A stretch of DNA of 62,159 nt from Burkholderiales bacterium. GTDB lineage: Bacteria > Pseudomonadota > Gammaproteobacteria > Burkholderiales > SG8-41. The stretch spans positions 1-62,159 of the forward strand of contig JAYOED010000006.1 of NCBI GenBank assembly GCA_038106575.1, given 5' to 3'. Each line of letters begins with the position of its first letter. Positions within the stretch are counted from its first letter, which is position 1. The position numbers and the translations under genes were made by a program. Below are positions 18,404 to 27,302 of the stretch, piece by piece. The notes beneath the pieces were generated by a model. The model ran no database searches, was not told the origin of the DNA, and was given only the letters and a program-made list of their open reading frames with translations.

Positions 18404-20103
18404 CAACGTCGCCCCGGCATCGCAATGGCCTTGCACACTGGAAACCCCAGTACCCCGTTGTGCGCGAACACGTAAATGCTGTTGCGGCCGAGATCGCCGG
18501 TGACAACGATCTGATAATCCCCGGGCCTCCATACCACGGGCACCAGCCGCTCCGGATCATCGGACTCGTGGAACAGCTTTGGAATGCGCCCGGCCTCGTG
18601 TTCCTCCTTCAGATTCCATGTCGGCTTCTGCGTCCAGTCGCGGAGAATGCGCTCGAAACGGTGAGCGGGCATGCGCGCCCGCGCAAACAGTTCCTCGCGG
18701 AATTTCTGCTTCGACCAGCCGCTGCCGGCGATGGTCTCGGCGACGATCGGCGACATCAGAATCAGCGGCCGCAGCGTGTCGTAGCCCTGCCCTACCGAAA
18801 ACATGATCTGCCATGAATACTGGCTGATCACCGCGTCGGCGATGTAAGGCATCAACTCTTCGGGTTTCGATCCCGACACCGACGAAATGTGGTTGCCGCC
18901 GGTGTAGCGCCCGACCGACAGCGCGTTGGTGCCTGCGGCGAAACCGTAATCGGCGCAGTTCGGCGTCCAGCCGATTTTCTTCACCACGTCCTCGTTCTCG
19001 GCCACCACCACGCGCCAAGTGTTGCCGAAAGTGGCCTTGTCGTTGCCGTGCGGCAGGAAGCCAGCGATGTTGCGCAGGCACAGCCGCCAGAAGCGGCCGA
19101 CCGTGGAATTAGCCTGGAAACCATCGCGCATCACGCCCTGCGTGTAATTGAAACCGAGTTCCTTGATCACCGGGCCGTTGAGGACGATCAGGTTCTCGCC
19201 GCCGGGGGTATTGCCGCTGTGCTCTACGCCATAGTTGTGATCCGCCATCGCTTCCACCGCCGCCACCAGCACCGGCATGTACTCCGGGCGGCAGCCCGCC
19301 ATTACGCCGTTGACTGCGGCGCTCCACACCGTCGCCGTGCGGTTGTCGGGCAACAGCACGCCAATGACTTCATCGGGTTTGCGGTCGGTATATTTTAAGA
19401 AAGCCTCGACCTTCTCCACCGTAGGCGGCACGACCGGCAGCCCGTCCGACAGCTGGTTGGCGATAAAATATTCGTTGATCTCTTCAAATGAGCCGGTGCA
19501 GACGACATCACGCGCCCCCGGTTCGCCGCTGACGGTTTTCGCCGCCGGCATGGTCAGCAGGTTGTCGATCACGCTGTTAAGCGTCAGCTCGCGCACGTTC
19601 TGCTGCAACGCTTCCTTGCTCTGCAAGCCAGGATGGCCACGCACCGGTGCCACCGCAATGTTCGGAAAACCTAAACCCTGCGAGGCCGCCTTTGCCAGCG
19701 TCATGAAGCTCTCACAGACCAGCGTCGAGGAGGGAATCCCTGCGCCTTCCGCCGCCACACTCGCCCGCAACACGGCGGGCGTGCAGCTTCCTCAACAACC
19801 CATCCCGGAAACGACGGCGTCGGCACCGAGCTCGCGAAGCTTCTGCGGCAGGTTGGCCACCACATTACGCTCGTCACTGCCATGGGTATTGCCGAACAGA
19901 TCCCAGTGCAGGAATTTCACGCCCGGATATTTCGCCGCCAGGCTTTTCTCAAGCTGCTCGAACACCTCGTTGCCGCGGAACACATAGTCCCACACCCAGG
20001 CGATGGTTTTGCCTTGCAGCGTATCGAGCCGTTTCGCCAGCGGTTTGACCTTGGCCTGGCGCGGACCGCGCGGCCACAGCGCCGCGTATTGCCGATCTGT
20101 CAT
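18403..20103 (-). CDS. fused UGSC-motif selenoprotein + DGLPxxPPT domain (UGA at 19792-19794 read as Sec), 566 aa
   Basis: ORFs 19792..20187 and 18403..19773 share one frame and are joined across a TGA: ...ADAVVSGMGC-U-GSCTPAVLRASVAAEGAGIPSSTL... The C-terminal part has NQLSDGLPVVPPT, MAGCRPEYMPVLVAAV and VLNGPV. Start set at ATG 20103, preceded by an AGGAG RBS. Confidence 0.8.
19762..19781 (-). promoter_or_regulatory. putative bacterial SECIS hairpin
   Basis: 7-bp perfect GC-rich stem CGCCCGC/GCGGGCG with loop CGUGUU, starting 11 nt after the UGA. Confidence 0.6.
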
Positions 20104-20225
20104 GCGAACTCCTGATTTTTCTTTTGATGGAACAGCATAACGCAACATTGCTCGGCGCCAGACACGGTTTCCACACTGCGGCGCCATGTCGCTAGAATCG
20201 ATGCTTCACCCCTATCCGGTATTGC

Positions 20226-21395
20226 ATGGACCAACGGCCCGCACGCATCCTCCCGGTCATCGTCGCCTCGCAGTTCGCCGGCACCTCGCTGTGGTTTGCA
20301 GGTAACGCCGTGCTCGCTGATCTGCAGCGCCTGTGGGGACTCGCGCCGGATGCACTCGGCTACGTGACCTCCGCGGTACAGCTGGGTTTCATCTGCGGCA
20401 CGCTGGTGTTCGCGTTTCTGACAATCGCCGACCGATATTCGCCGCGGCTAGTGTTCCTGCTATGTTCGCTCGCCGGGGCAGCTTCCAATCTCGGCGTGCT
20501 CGCCGCTGACGGCGGGCTGACCCCGCTGCTCGCCTGCCGTTTCGCCACCGGGTTTTTCCTTGCCGGCATTTATCCAGTGGGTATGAAGATAGCGGCGGGT
20601 TGGTACAAAACCGGACTCGGCAACGCGCTGGGCTTCCTGGTCGGCGCACTGGTGCTGGGCACCGCGTTTCCGCATCTGCTGAAGGCCCTGGGCCAATCAT
20701 GGCCATGGCAGCACGTGCTGATTGGCGTCTCGCTGATCGCCGCAGCGGGTGGCGGGCTGATGTACCTGCTGGTGCCCGACGGCCCCAATCTCGCCAAGAG
20801 CCCCAAATTCGATCCGCGCGCGCTCGCAGCGGTGTTCGCCGTCAGGAATTTCCGCGCCTCGGCGTTCGGCTACTTCGGCCACATGTGGGAGTTATATGCC
20901 TTCTGGGTGTTCGTTCCGGTCGCGCTCTCCGCGCGCGCGCCGCAGTTCGACGTGTCGCTATGGTCGTTCATCGTCATTGCTGTTGGAGCGCTTGGCTGCG
21001 TGGGCGGCGGCCTGATATCACTGCGTAGCGGCAGTGCCCGTGTTGCCTGGATTCAACTCTCCACCTCGGGCCTGTGCTGTCTGATTTCACCGCTGATGCT
21101 GTTAGCACCACCGGTGGCTGTCATCAGCTTTCTGGTGATCTGGGGCGTTGCCGTGGTCGGCGACTCGCCACAATTTTCGGCATTGAACGCCGCTAACGCG
21201 CCGCGCGCGTCAGTGGGCTCGGCGCTCACCATCGCCAACTGCATCGGCTTTGCCATCACTATCGGCAGCATCGAGCTGCTCAACGCGGCATCACACACCC
21301 TGCCGGTCGAATACCTGTTCCTGCTGCTAGCACCGGGGCCGGGGCTGGGATTGCTGGCGCTGCGCCCGCTTCTGCGGGCACAGCACCCCGCGTAA
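20226..21395 (+). CDS. MFS-type transporter
   Basis: 389 aa, highly hydrophobic with about 12 predicted membrane segments. It is divergent from the selenoprotein operon at 20103. Confidence 0.8.
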   Translation: MDQRPARILPVIVASQFAGTSLWFAGNAVLADLQRLWGLAPDALGYVTSAVQLGFICGTLVFAFLTIADRYSPRLVFLLCSLAGAASNLGVLAADGGLTPLLACRFATGFFLAGIYPVGMKIAAGWYKTGLGNALGFLVGALVLGTAFPHLLKALGQSWPWQHVLIGVSLIAAAGGGLMYLLVPDGPNLAKSPKFDPRALAAVFAVRNFRASAFGYFGHMWELYAFWVFVPVALSARAPQFDVSLWSFIVIAVGALGCVGGGLISLRSGSARVAWIQLSTSGLCCLISPLMLLAPPVAVISFLVIWGVAVVGDSPQFSALNAANAPRASVGSALTIANCIGFAITIGSIELLNAASHTLPVEYLFLLLAPGPGLGLLALRPLLRAQHPA

Positions 21396-21397
21396 CG

Positions 21398-22366
21398 TTA
21401 TTTCAGTTTCAGTCCGACCGACTTCACCACCTTCGCCCAGGTATCGATTTCCTCGTTGAAGCGTTTGGTGAATTCTTCCTGCGTGTTGGCGACCACATCG
21501 AGGCCCTGGGTCAGCAACAGCTTGTCGGTCTTCGGATCAGTGAGGATGCGCGAGACAGCCTGCTGGATTTTTACAGCGATGGCCTTGTCGGTCTTGCCGG
21601 GCAGAAACAGCGCATACCAGTTCTCCACACCGAAGCCGGGCACACCCGATTCGGCGATGGTCGGATACTCAGGCAGCGCAGGGGTGCGCTTCGGACCAAC
21701 GACCGCCAGCACGCGCAAGCGGCCCTTGGTGAAGAACGGCCGCGTCGAAATCACACTCGCCACCGTCAGCGTGATACGCCCGGCTACCGTATCGGTAATG
21801 CTCGGCGCCGTTCCCTTGTACGGCACGTGGGTCATCTTGATGCCGGTCATCTGCGAGAACATTTCCTGCGTCAGATGCTGCGCCGAGCCCAGCCCAGACG
21901 ATGAATAGAACAGTTCGTTGGGGCGCGCCTTGGCGAACGCGACAAGTTCCTTGATGCTTTTCACCGGCAGCGACGGATGAACCACCATGACGCCGGGCGA
22001 AACCACTGCCATCGTCACCGGCAGCAGATCGGTGCGGGCGTTGTAGCCGAGCTTCAACAGGCTCGGCGTGATGCTCACGCCCGCCGAGGTCATCAGCAGA
22101 GTGTAACCGTCGCCCGGCGATTTGGCGACGATGTCGGCGGCGATGGTACCGCCGGCGCCCGGACGGTTATCAGCCACCACGTTCTGTCCCCAGGCTTCGC
22201 CCAGCTTCGATGCGATGAAACGCCCGGTGGTATCGACGCCGCCGCCGGGGGCGAGCGCGATGATCATGCGGATCGGTTTGGTCGGAAAGTTCTGCGCGAA
22301 CGCCGCGCCCGTCATCAAACTCCCCAGCAGTATAGTGCCCAAGGCGACCGAAATCATTTTTTTCAT
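21398..22366 (-). CDS. Bug/TctC-family tripartite tricarboxylate transporter substrate-binding protein
   Basis: 322 aa from ATG 22366 with an AGGAGG RBS. Signal peptide MKKMISVALGTILLGSLMTGAAFA, then FPTKPIRMIIALAPGGGVDTTGR, typical of Bug receptors. Confidence 0.85.
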   Translation of the reverse strand: MKKMISVALGTILLGSLMTGAAFAQNFPTKPIRMIIALAPGGGVDTTGRFIASKLGEAWGQNVVADNRPGAGGTIAADIVAKSPGDGYTLLMTSAGVSITPSLLKLGYNARTDLLPVTMAVVSPGVMVVHPSLPVKSIKELVAFAKARPNELFYSSSGLGSAQHLTQEMFSQMTGIKMTHVPYKGTAPSITDTVAGRITLTVASVISTRPFFTKGRLRVLAVVGPKRTPALPEYPTIAESGVPGFGVENWYALFLPGKTDKAIAVKIQQAVSRILTDPKTDKLLLTQGLDVVANTQEEFTKRFNEEIDTWAKVVKSVGLKLK

Positions 22367-22430
22367 TGTTGCCTCCTGTTGATTGGTTCTGCGAACTGCT
22401 TTGTAAAACAAGTCTGAAATCGGTTGGTTG

Positions 22431-23213
22431 TCACTCCCACAGCCGCTCGGGTAGCGGCAGCCCGGCGAGATCGGCGGCGGTCAGCGGCCGGTCGGGGGTG
22501 ACGCCGATGCGCTCTAATACCTCAATCAGCTGCCGGCAGTGCTGCGCCGAATGCCAAGTCACCCGCTCAAGCACTAGGTGCGCGGGGGTTTCTCCAAAAT
22601 AAGTCTTGAGCACGCGTTCGAGTTCGCGATCTTCGATCCCGGTCCACCAGGATTCGAAGCGCTTCCACACGCCTTCGCCGTAGCACGCGATGTCGTCGCC
22701 GCTCTGTAATGCTTCCGGCGGCTCGTTATCGGCAATCTTCACCGAATACTCGGCGCCGTCCCAGGTTTCGAGGAACGACTCGCCGATGCGGAACACGTGG
22801 TAGCACAGCGTACGAATTACACGCTCGCGATGCGGAATCACGCGGTCACGAAAATGCTCCGCCGGAAACTGGCGCGCGTAACGCGCCGCAGCGGCAAACA
22901 CCATTCCGTATTTTCTGTACAGCTGTTCCGGAGAAAGGCGATCCTTACCCGGCAGCGGCAGTCTGGCAAACTTGGCAAAGGGATCGAGCATCTGGCCGAA
23001 TGCGTATTTATCGCCCTTCGCCAGCACCGGAACCTTGCGGATGCCGTATTTGTTGAACAGCAATTCACGGCCGCCCGGGTCGTTCAGCACATCGATCACG
23101 AGCATGTCCACACCATTTTTCGAAAGAAACTCTTTCGTGCGAAGGCAGCTACTTCACCCGGGCTGGGTGAAATAAAGAAATTTGTCGGCGGGGATGTCGG
23201 TCAATGTCGTCAC
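22431..23213 (-). CDS. glutaredoxin-like (U-x-x-C) + DinB/YfiT-like domain selenoprotein candidate (UGA at 23154-23156), ~260 aa
   Basis: The frame upstream of track ORF 22431..23111 stays open except for one TGA: (V)TTLTDIPADKFLYFTQPG-U-SSC-LRTKEFLSKNGVDMLVIDVLNDPGGRELL..GIRKVPVL. This is a Grx/Trx fold with Sec at the first redox position. The C-terminal domain has a DinB-like HSAQH motif. The start (GTG 23213 or TTG 23204) is uncertain. Confidence 0.65.
23121..23137 (-). promoter_or_regulatory. putative bacterial SECIS hairpin
   Basis: Stem CGAAAG/CUUUCG (6 bp) with loop AGUUU, starting 17 nt after the UGA. It is weaker and more AU-rich than the other three. Confidence 0.4.
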
Positions 23214-23299
23214 GAGATTTTACTGCGAAAGAAGCGGTATTGTAGTGCCATCGCAGCCGCTAGAGGTAGTTACAAAATAATCAATTAAAAAATATTTAA

Positions 23300-24253
23300 T
23301 CAATATCCGCGGGTCCGGTCCACCTCCGTGATGAACGGTTCGCTAGCAATATGGCGCCTCGCGTTTTCGGCAAAGATGTCGGCCACCATCGCGCCACGGG
23401 TGGCGTGGCCGCCGCCGATGTGCGGCAGCACGACGATGTTTTCAGTGGTCCAGAACGGATCCGAGGGCGGGAGTGGTTCTTCGCGAAATACATCGAGCAC
23501 CGCGCCGGCGATGGTCTTCCCCTTCACCGCGGCGATCAGATCTTCATCCTTGATCAGCGGGCCGCGGCCGAAGTTGAGCAGCCAGGCTGTAGGCTTCATC
23601 GTCTTCAGCCGCGTGGAATTCATGAAATTCTCGGTCTCCGGCGTTACCGGCATCAGCAACACGACGAAATCCGACTGACGCAGTACTTCTTCTGACTGAT
23701 AGCTGCTACAAACTCTTTCCACGCCATCCAACGCACCCGGCGTACGCTTGGTGCCGATCACCCGCATTTCCAACGCCGCCGCCTTGCGCGCGAGTTCCTG
23801 CCCGATAAAGCCAAGGCCGAGGATGCCTAGCGTCTGTCCGGCGAGCAACGCCGACTGTCGCCGCGTCCAGTGGCTCTGCTTCTGGTCCTGCACTACCGCC
23901 GCGTAGGGCTTGGTCAGGTGGAACAGTGCGCCGAGGATGTTCTCCGACATCGAGTGGCGGTGCGAGCCACGCGCGCAGCAAAGCGCAACCTCGTCGCGCA
24001 GGCCGGGCGCGCCGAGCCAGGCTTCGACGCCGGCGGTCATCGCCTGAATCCAGCGCAGCTTGGGCATGCGGGCGAGCAGCTTGCCGTGCCTCCAGCTGGC
24101 GAGCACCTCCACCCGCGGAATGATGTCATCTGGCGGCGTTCCATCGCGCGGCACGTGATGCAGTTCAAAATGATCGCCGAGGCCCGCGCGAGCGAGGGAT
24201 TGTTCGTAGGCTTTAAAATCATCCAGCCAAAGCAGACAGACGGGCTTGCTCAT
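23300..24253 (-). CDS. D-isomer-specific 2-hydroxyacid dehydrogenase family protein
   Basis: 317 aa, with the NAD motif GILGLGFIGQELARKA plus LLNFGRGPLI and the catalytic-His region VVLPHIGG. Confidence 0.85.
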   Translation of the reverse strand: MSKPVCLLWLDDFKAYEQSLARAGLGDHFELHHVPRDGTPPDDIIPRVEVLASWRHGKLLARMPKLRWIQAMTAGVEAWLGAPGLRDEVALCCARGSHRHSMSENILGALFHLTKPYAAVVQDQKQSHWTRRQSALLAGQTLGILGLGFIGQELARKAAALEMRVIGTKRTPGALDGVERVCSSYQSEEVLRQSDFVVLLMPVTPETENFMNSTRLKTMKPTAWLLNFGRGPLIKDEDLIAAVKGKTIAGAVLDVFREEPLPPSDPFWTTENIVVLPHIGGGHATRGAMVADIFAENARRHIASEPFITEVDRTRGY

Positions 24254-24314
24254 CGAATTATATCCTTCATGAAAAACGCCGGCTTACCGGGCCGGCGTGG
24301 ATAAAGATAACAAA

Positions 24315-25103
24315 CTAGGCTTTTGCGCGTTTGACCGGGCTGCGCAGCGTGCCGATGTCCTTCTGGATGATCTCGCAGACATCGCCGTCCTTGAGATCGG
24401 GTTCGGTGGCGTCATCGGTGCCGAGCCAGATCACGTCGCCGGGATGCAGCGTCATGTATTTGGTGATCTCGGCGATGTAGTGCTGCGCCGAGAACAGCAT
24501 CTTGGAAGTGTTGTAGCCGGCGACGCGCTTGCCGTTAATGTGGATCTCAACATCAAGGCTCATCGGATCAAGCCCGGTGGCAATGAACGGGCCCATCGGC
24601 TTCCAGGTATCACAGTTCTTGGCGCGCCACAGCGTGCGGTCGGATTTCTGCCAGCTGCGTTCGCTGACGTCGTTGCCCAGCGTATAGCCAAGGATGCACG
24701 ACAGCGCGTTGGCTTCGGTCAGATTCTTCGCGGTCTTGCCCACTACCGCTACCAGCTCGCCCTCGAACTGCACCGGGCCGTTCGAATCGGCGGGGATCAC
24801 GATCGCCTCGCCGGTTGCGACCAGCGCGTTGTTGGAGCGGTAACCGACGTCGGCCTTCTCTGGTATTTTCACCGGCAGCCCTTTGCGCTTGGCGGCCCAC
24901 TCAATGTGCGCGGCATAGTTGAGTCCCGCGCAATAGAAATTGCGCGGCTCGACCGGCAGCAGCGTCTTTACGGCAGACAGTGCATAGGTCTTGGCAGAAG
25001 TCTTCCAGGTATCGAAGGGCGACCCCTCAAGTTCAGTGACCTTGTCGCCTTCGACGAGACCGTAGAAAGTGCGGGATTGGTGCTGAAAGCGGCCGAATTT
25101 CAT
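24315..25103 (-). CDS. fumarylacetoacetate hydrolase (FAH) family protein
   Basis: 262 aa, with FAH-fold patterns (FYCAGLNYAAHI...EGELVAVVGK...GTP-like segment). Confidence 0.85.
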   Translation of the reverse strand: MKFGRFQHQSRTFYGLVEGDKVTELEGSPFDTWKTSAKTYALSAVKTLLPVEPRNFYCAGLNYAAHIEWAAKRKGLPVKIPEKADVGYRSNNALVATGEAIVIPADSNGPVQFEGELVAVVGKTAKNLTEANALSCILGYTLGNDVSERSWQKSDRTLWRAKNCDTWKPMGPFIATGLDPMSLDVEIHINGKRVAGYNTSKMLFSAQHYIAEITKYMTLHPGDVIWLGTDDATEPDLKDGDVCEIIQKDIGTLRSPVKRAKA

Positions 25104-25515
25104 TGATATCTTCCCTGTTCTTTTTGGGTGTCTTGACCATTAATTTTATTTCATATTTTCGGACTGCATCCGACCTAGCCGTGTACAAAGTTGCCAAAGC
25201 TATAATTCACCATCAGGAAACACTTCTAAAGACATGCCCAGCCCCGAACACGAATCTGCCGATCTCGGTGAGCTAATCAGCAGCGCTAGCGACCAGATCG
25301 CAGTCGGCGAGCACACCTTCATCGATGTCGGGAAAATACGGTTTAAGTGCGTACGCGATTTATCTTGTGCTTCCTCCGGATTAAGGCATCAGTCATAAAG
25401 CGTTCCGGCAACACTGGCAACCGCAGCAGATTTCTGTCCGGCGCGGTACAAAACTGTTCACCAATCGGCGGCGTGCCTGTATGGTGTCGCTTTTGATTTT
25501 GTAAGGTAGCGCGGC

Positions 25516-26244
25516 GTGGGACCAAAACTGGGGGTGCTGGGCGGCATGGGGCCGATGGCCACGGTCGATTTTCTGCATAAGCTCGTCGATCGTACACCGG
25601 CCAAAGCCGATCACGAGCATATTCCCACCATCACCTGCTCGGTGCCCCAGCTTCCTGATCGCATCCAGGCAATTTTCGAAGGCGGCGCGTCACCGCTGCC
25701 CCGGTTAATCGATGCGATTGAAACTCTGCAGAATGCCGGCGCGGTGTGCATCGCGATGCCCTGCAATACCGCACACTACTGGTACGAGGAATTTGCCCCC
25801 GCTGCGAAAGTACCGTTTCTGCACATCGCCGACACCGCAATGACCGCCGTCGGGAACGGTAAGTCATCAAAAATGAAGCTCGGCCTGATGGGCACGCGCG
25901 GCACGCTGAAGGCCGGGTTCTACCAGAAGCGTTTTGCGGCACAGGGCATTGACCATCTGGTCACGGCCGCCGCCGATCAGGAAAAACTTGTCGATCCGGC
26001 AATCAAGGCGATCAAGGCCAACGAACTCGAACAGGCGACACCGCTGATCGAGCGCGCCGCGGAATCGCTGCTGGCTCAGGGCGCGACCACCGTGGTGCTG
26101 GCGTGCACCGAGATTCCGGTGGTGATGCACCGCTTCAGGCCGGAACTCCGTGAACGCTGCATCGATGTCACCGTCGCGCTCGCGGACGCTAGTATCGCAT
26201 GGTGGCAGTCGTATCAGCAGCTCTCCGGAAAACCTGCGTACTGA
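25516..26244 (+). CDS. aspartate/glutamate racemase family protein (aspartate racemase-like)
   Basis: LGVLGGMGPMAT at the N-terminus and both catalytic-Cys motifs (MPCNTAHYW, LACTEIPVV). The GTG start at 25516 is uncertain. Confidence 0.8.
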   Translation: MGPKLGVLGGMGPMATVDFLHKLVDRTPAKADHEHIPTITCSVPQLPDRIQAIFEGGASPLPRLIDAIETLQNAGAVCIAMPCNTAHYWYEEFAPAAKVPFLHIADTAMTAVGNGKSSKMKLGLMGTRGTLKAGFYQKRFAAQGIDHLVTAAADQEKLVDPAIKAIKANELEQATPLIERAAESLLAQGATTVVLACTEIPVVMHRFRPELRERCIDVTVALADASIAWWQSYQQLSGKPAY

Positions 26245-26253
26245 GTGCGGTAA

Positions 26254-27162
26254 TCACTGCTCGTCTGCGATATTTTTTGCGGTATCCCTGAGGATGGCTA
26301 TGAACTGCCGCGCGGCCGGCGACAGGTAGGCATCCTTGCGATGGAAGACACCGACGCTGCGCTTCACGCTGAATCCCTTGATAGGCAATTCGACCACGCG
26401 GTAGCGCGTTTTGATTTGCTTTAGCAGCCGCTTGGATGAAGTACTGAGCAGATCGGTATTAGCTACCAGCTGGTCGCGAAAGGACATCGAGCTAGTCTGC
26501 ACCACATAGTGCAGCGCGTTACGGCCGCGATCCTGCAATGCCAAGCTCAGCAGCGGCAGCGCCGGGGCACTAAAGGCAGTGGCGGCCCAGCGTTCACATT
26601 CAAGATCGTTGAGCGTGACCTGCTTGCGCTTGGCCAACCGGTGTTGTGCGGAAGCGAAGACCACGATTGCGTCATCAATCAACGGTATCTGCACCATGTC
26701 GGGATGCGGCGGTGACGGCATCACGCTGACGCCGAGATCGAGCCGCCCTTCGCGGATCGCGCTCACCGCCGATTCGATGGACTCGACGGTGACCGACAGC
26801 GTCACGCTGGGCGCGGCATTTATCAGCGCGCAGCAGGCGGGTCCCATCAGATTGTCCATCACGCCGGCGTGCGCACCCACACGCAGGTTGCCAGCACGGC
26901 CCTGGCTCAGGTCTTCAACCTCGCGCATGACGTCTTCGCGTGTCTGGCGCAGCCGCCGCACCTGCGACAACAGCACGTGCCCTACATCTGTCAGCTCGAT
27001 GCCCCGGGGCGTGCGCTTACACAGCTTGGTGTTCATCGACTGTTCGAGCCGGCGCAGGCTCACGCTCAGCGCCGGCTGTGTCAAACCCAGCGCCTCAGCC
27101 GCACGCCCGACGTGGCCGTGTTCGGCGAGTACGGCGAAATACTCGATATCGCGGAAATTCAT
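26254..27162 (-). CDS. LysR-family transcriptional regulator
   Basis: 302 aa, with the N-terminal wHTH FAVLAEHGHVGRAAEALGLTQPALSVSLRRLE. It is divergent from the sulfatase operon. Confidence 0.9.
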   Translation of the reverse strand: MNFRDIEYFAVLAEHGHVGRAAEALGLTQPALSVSLRRLEQSMNTKLCKRTPRGIELTDVGHVLLSQVRRLRQTREDVMREVEDLSQGRAGNLRVGAHAGVMDNLMGPACCALINAAPSVTLSVTVESIESAVSAIREGRLDLGVSVMPSPPHPDMVQIPLIDDAIVVFASAQHRLAKRKQVTLNDLECERWAATAFSAPALPLLSLALQDRGRNALHYVVQTSSMSFRDQLVANTDLLSTSSKRLLKQIKTRYRVVELPIKGFSVKRSVGVFHRKDAYLSPAARQFIAILRDTAKNIADEQ

Positions 27163-27165
27163 TTG

Positions 27166-27180
27166 ATAAATGAAATTTAT
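27166..27180. promoter_or_regulatory. candidate LysR-type T-N11-A operator palindrome
   Basis: ATAAAT-GAA-ATTTAT is a perfect inverted repeat a few nt upstream of the LysR start codon, in the divergent intergenic region. A further ATTTATG copy lies at about 27190. Confidence 0.3.
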
Positions 27181-27302
27181 GAAAAAAGCATTTATGGATG
27201 ATTGCGTATATCAAATGAGGGTGTCAACATCGGCCTATTCACCCTGATGCCGCACGCTTGCCCGGGCAAAGCCGAGCGCGGCACCACCCCGATGGAGACT
27301 GC

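Noticed and set aside
25104-25515. 412-bp intergenic region between the FAH gene and the aspartate racemase gene, containing a possible 55-codon ORF (about 25233-25400).
   Set aside because: There is no RBS, no recognisable peptide family and no convincing RNA structure by eye. It is probably just a divergent promoter region.
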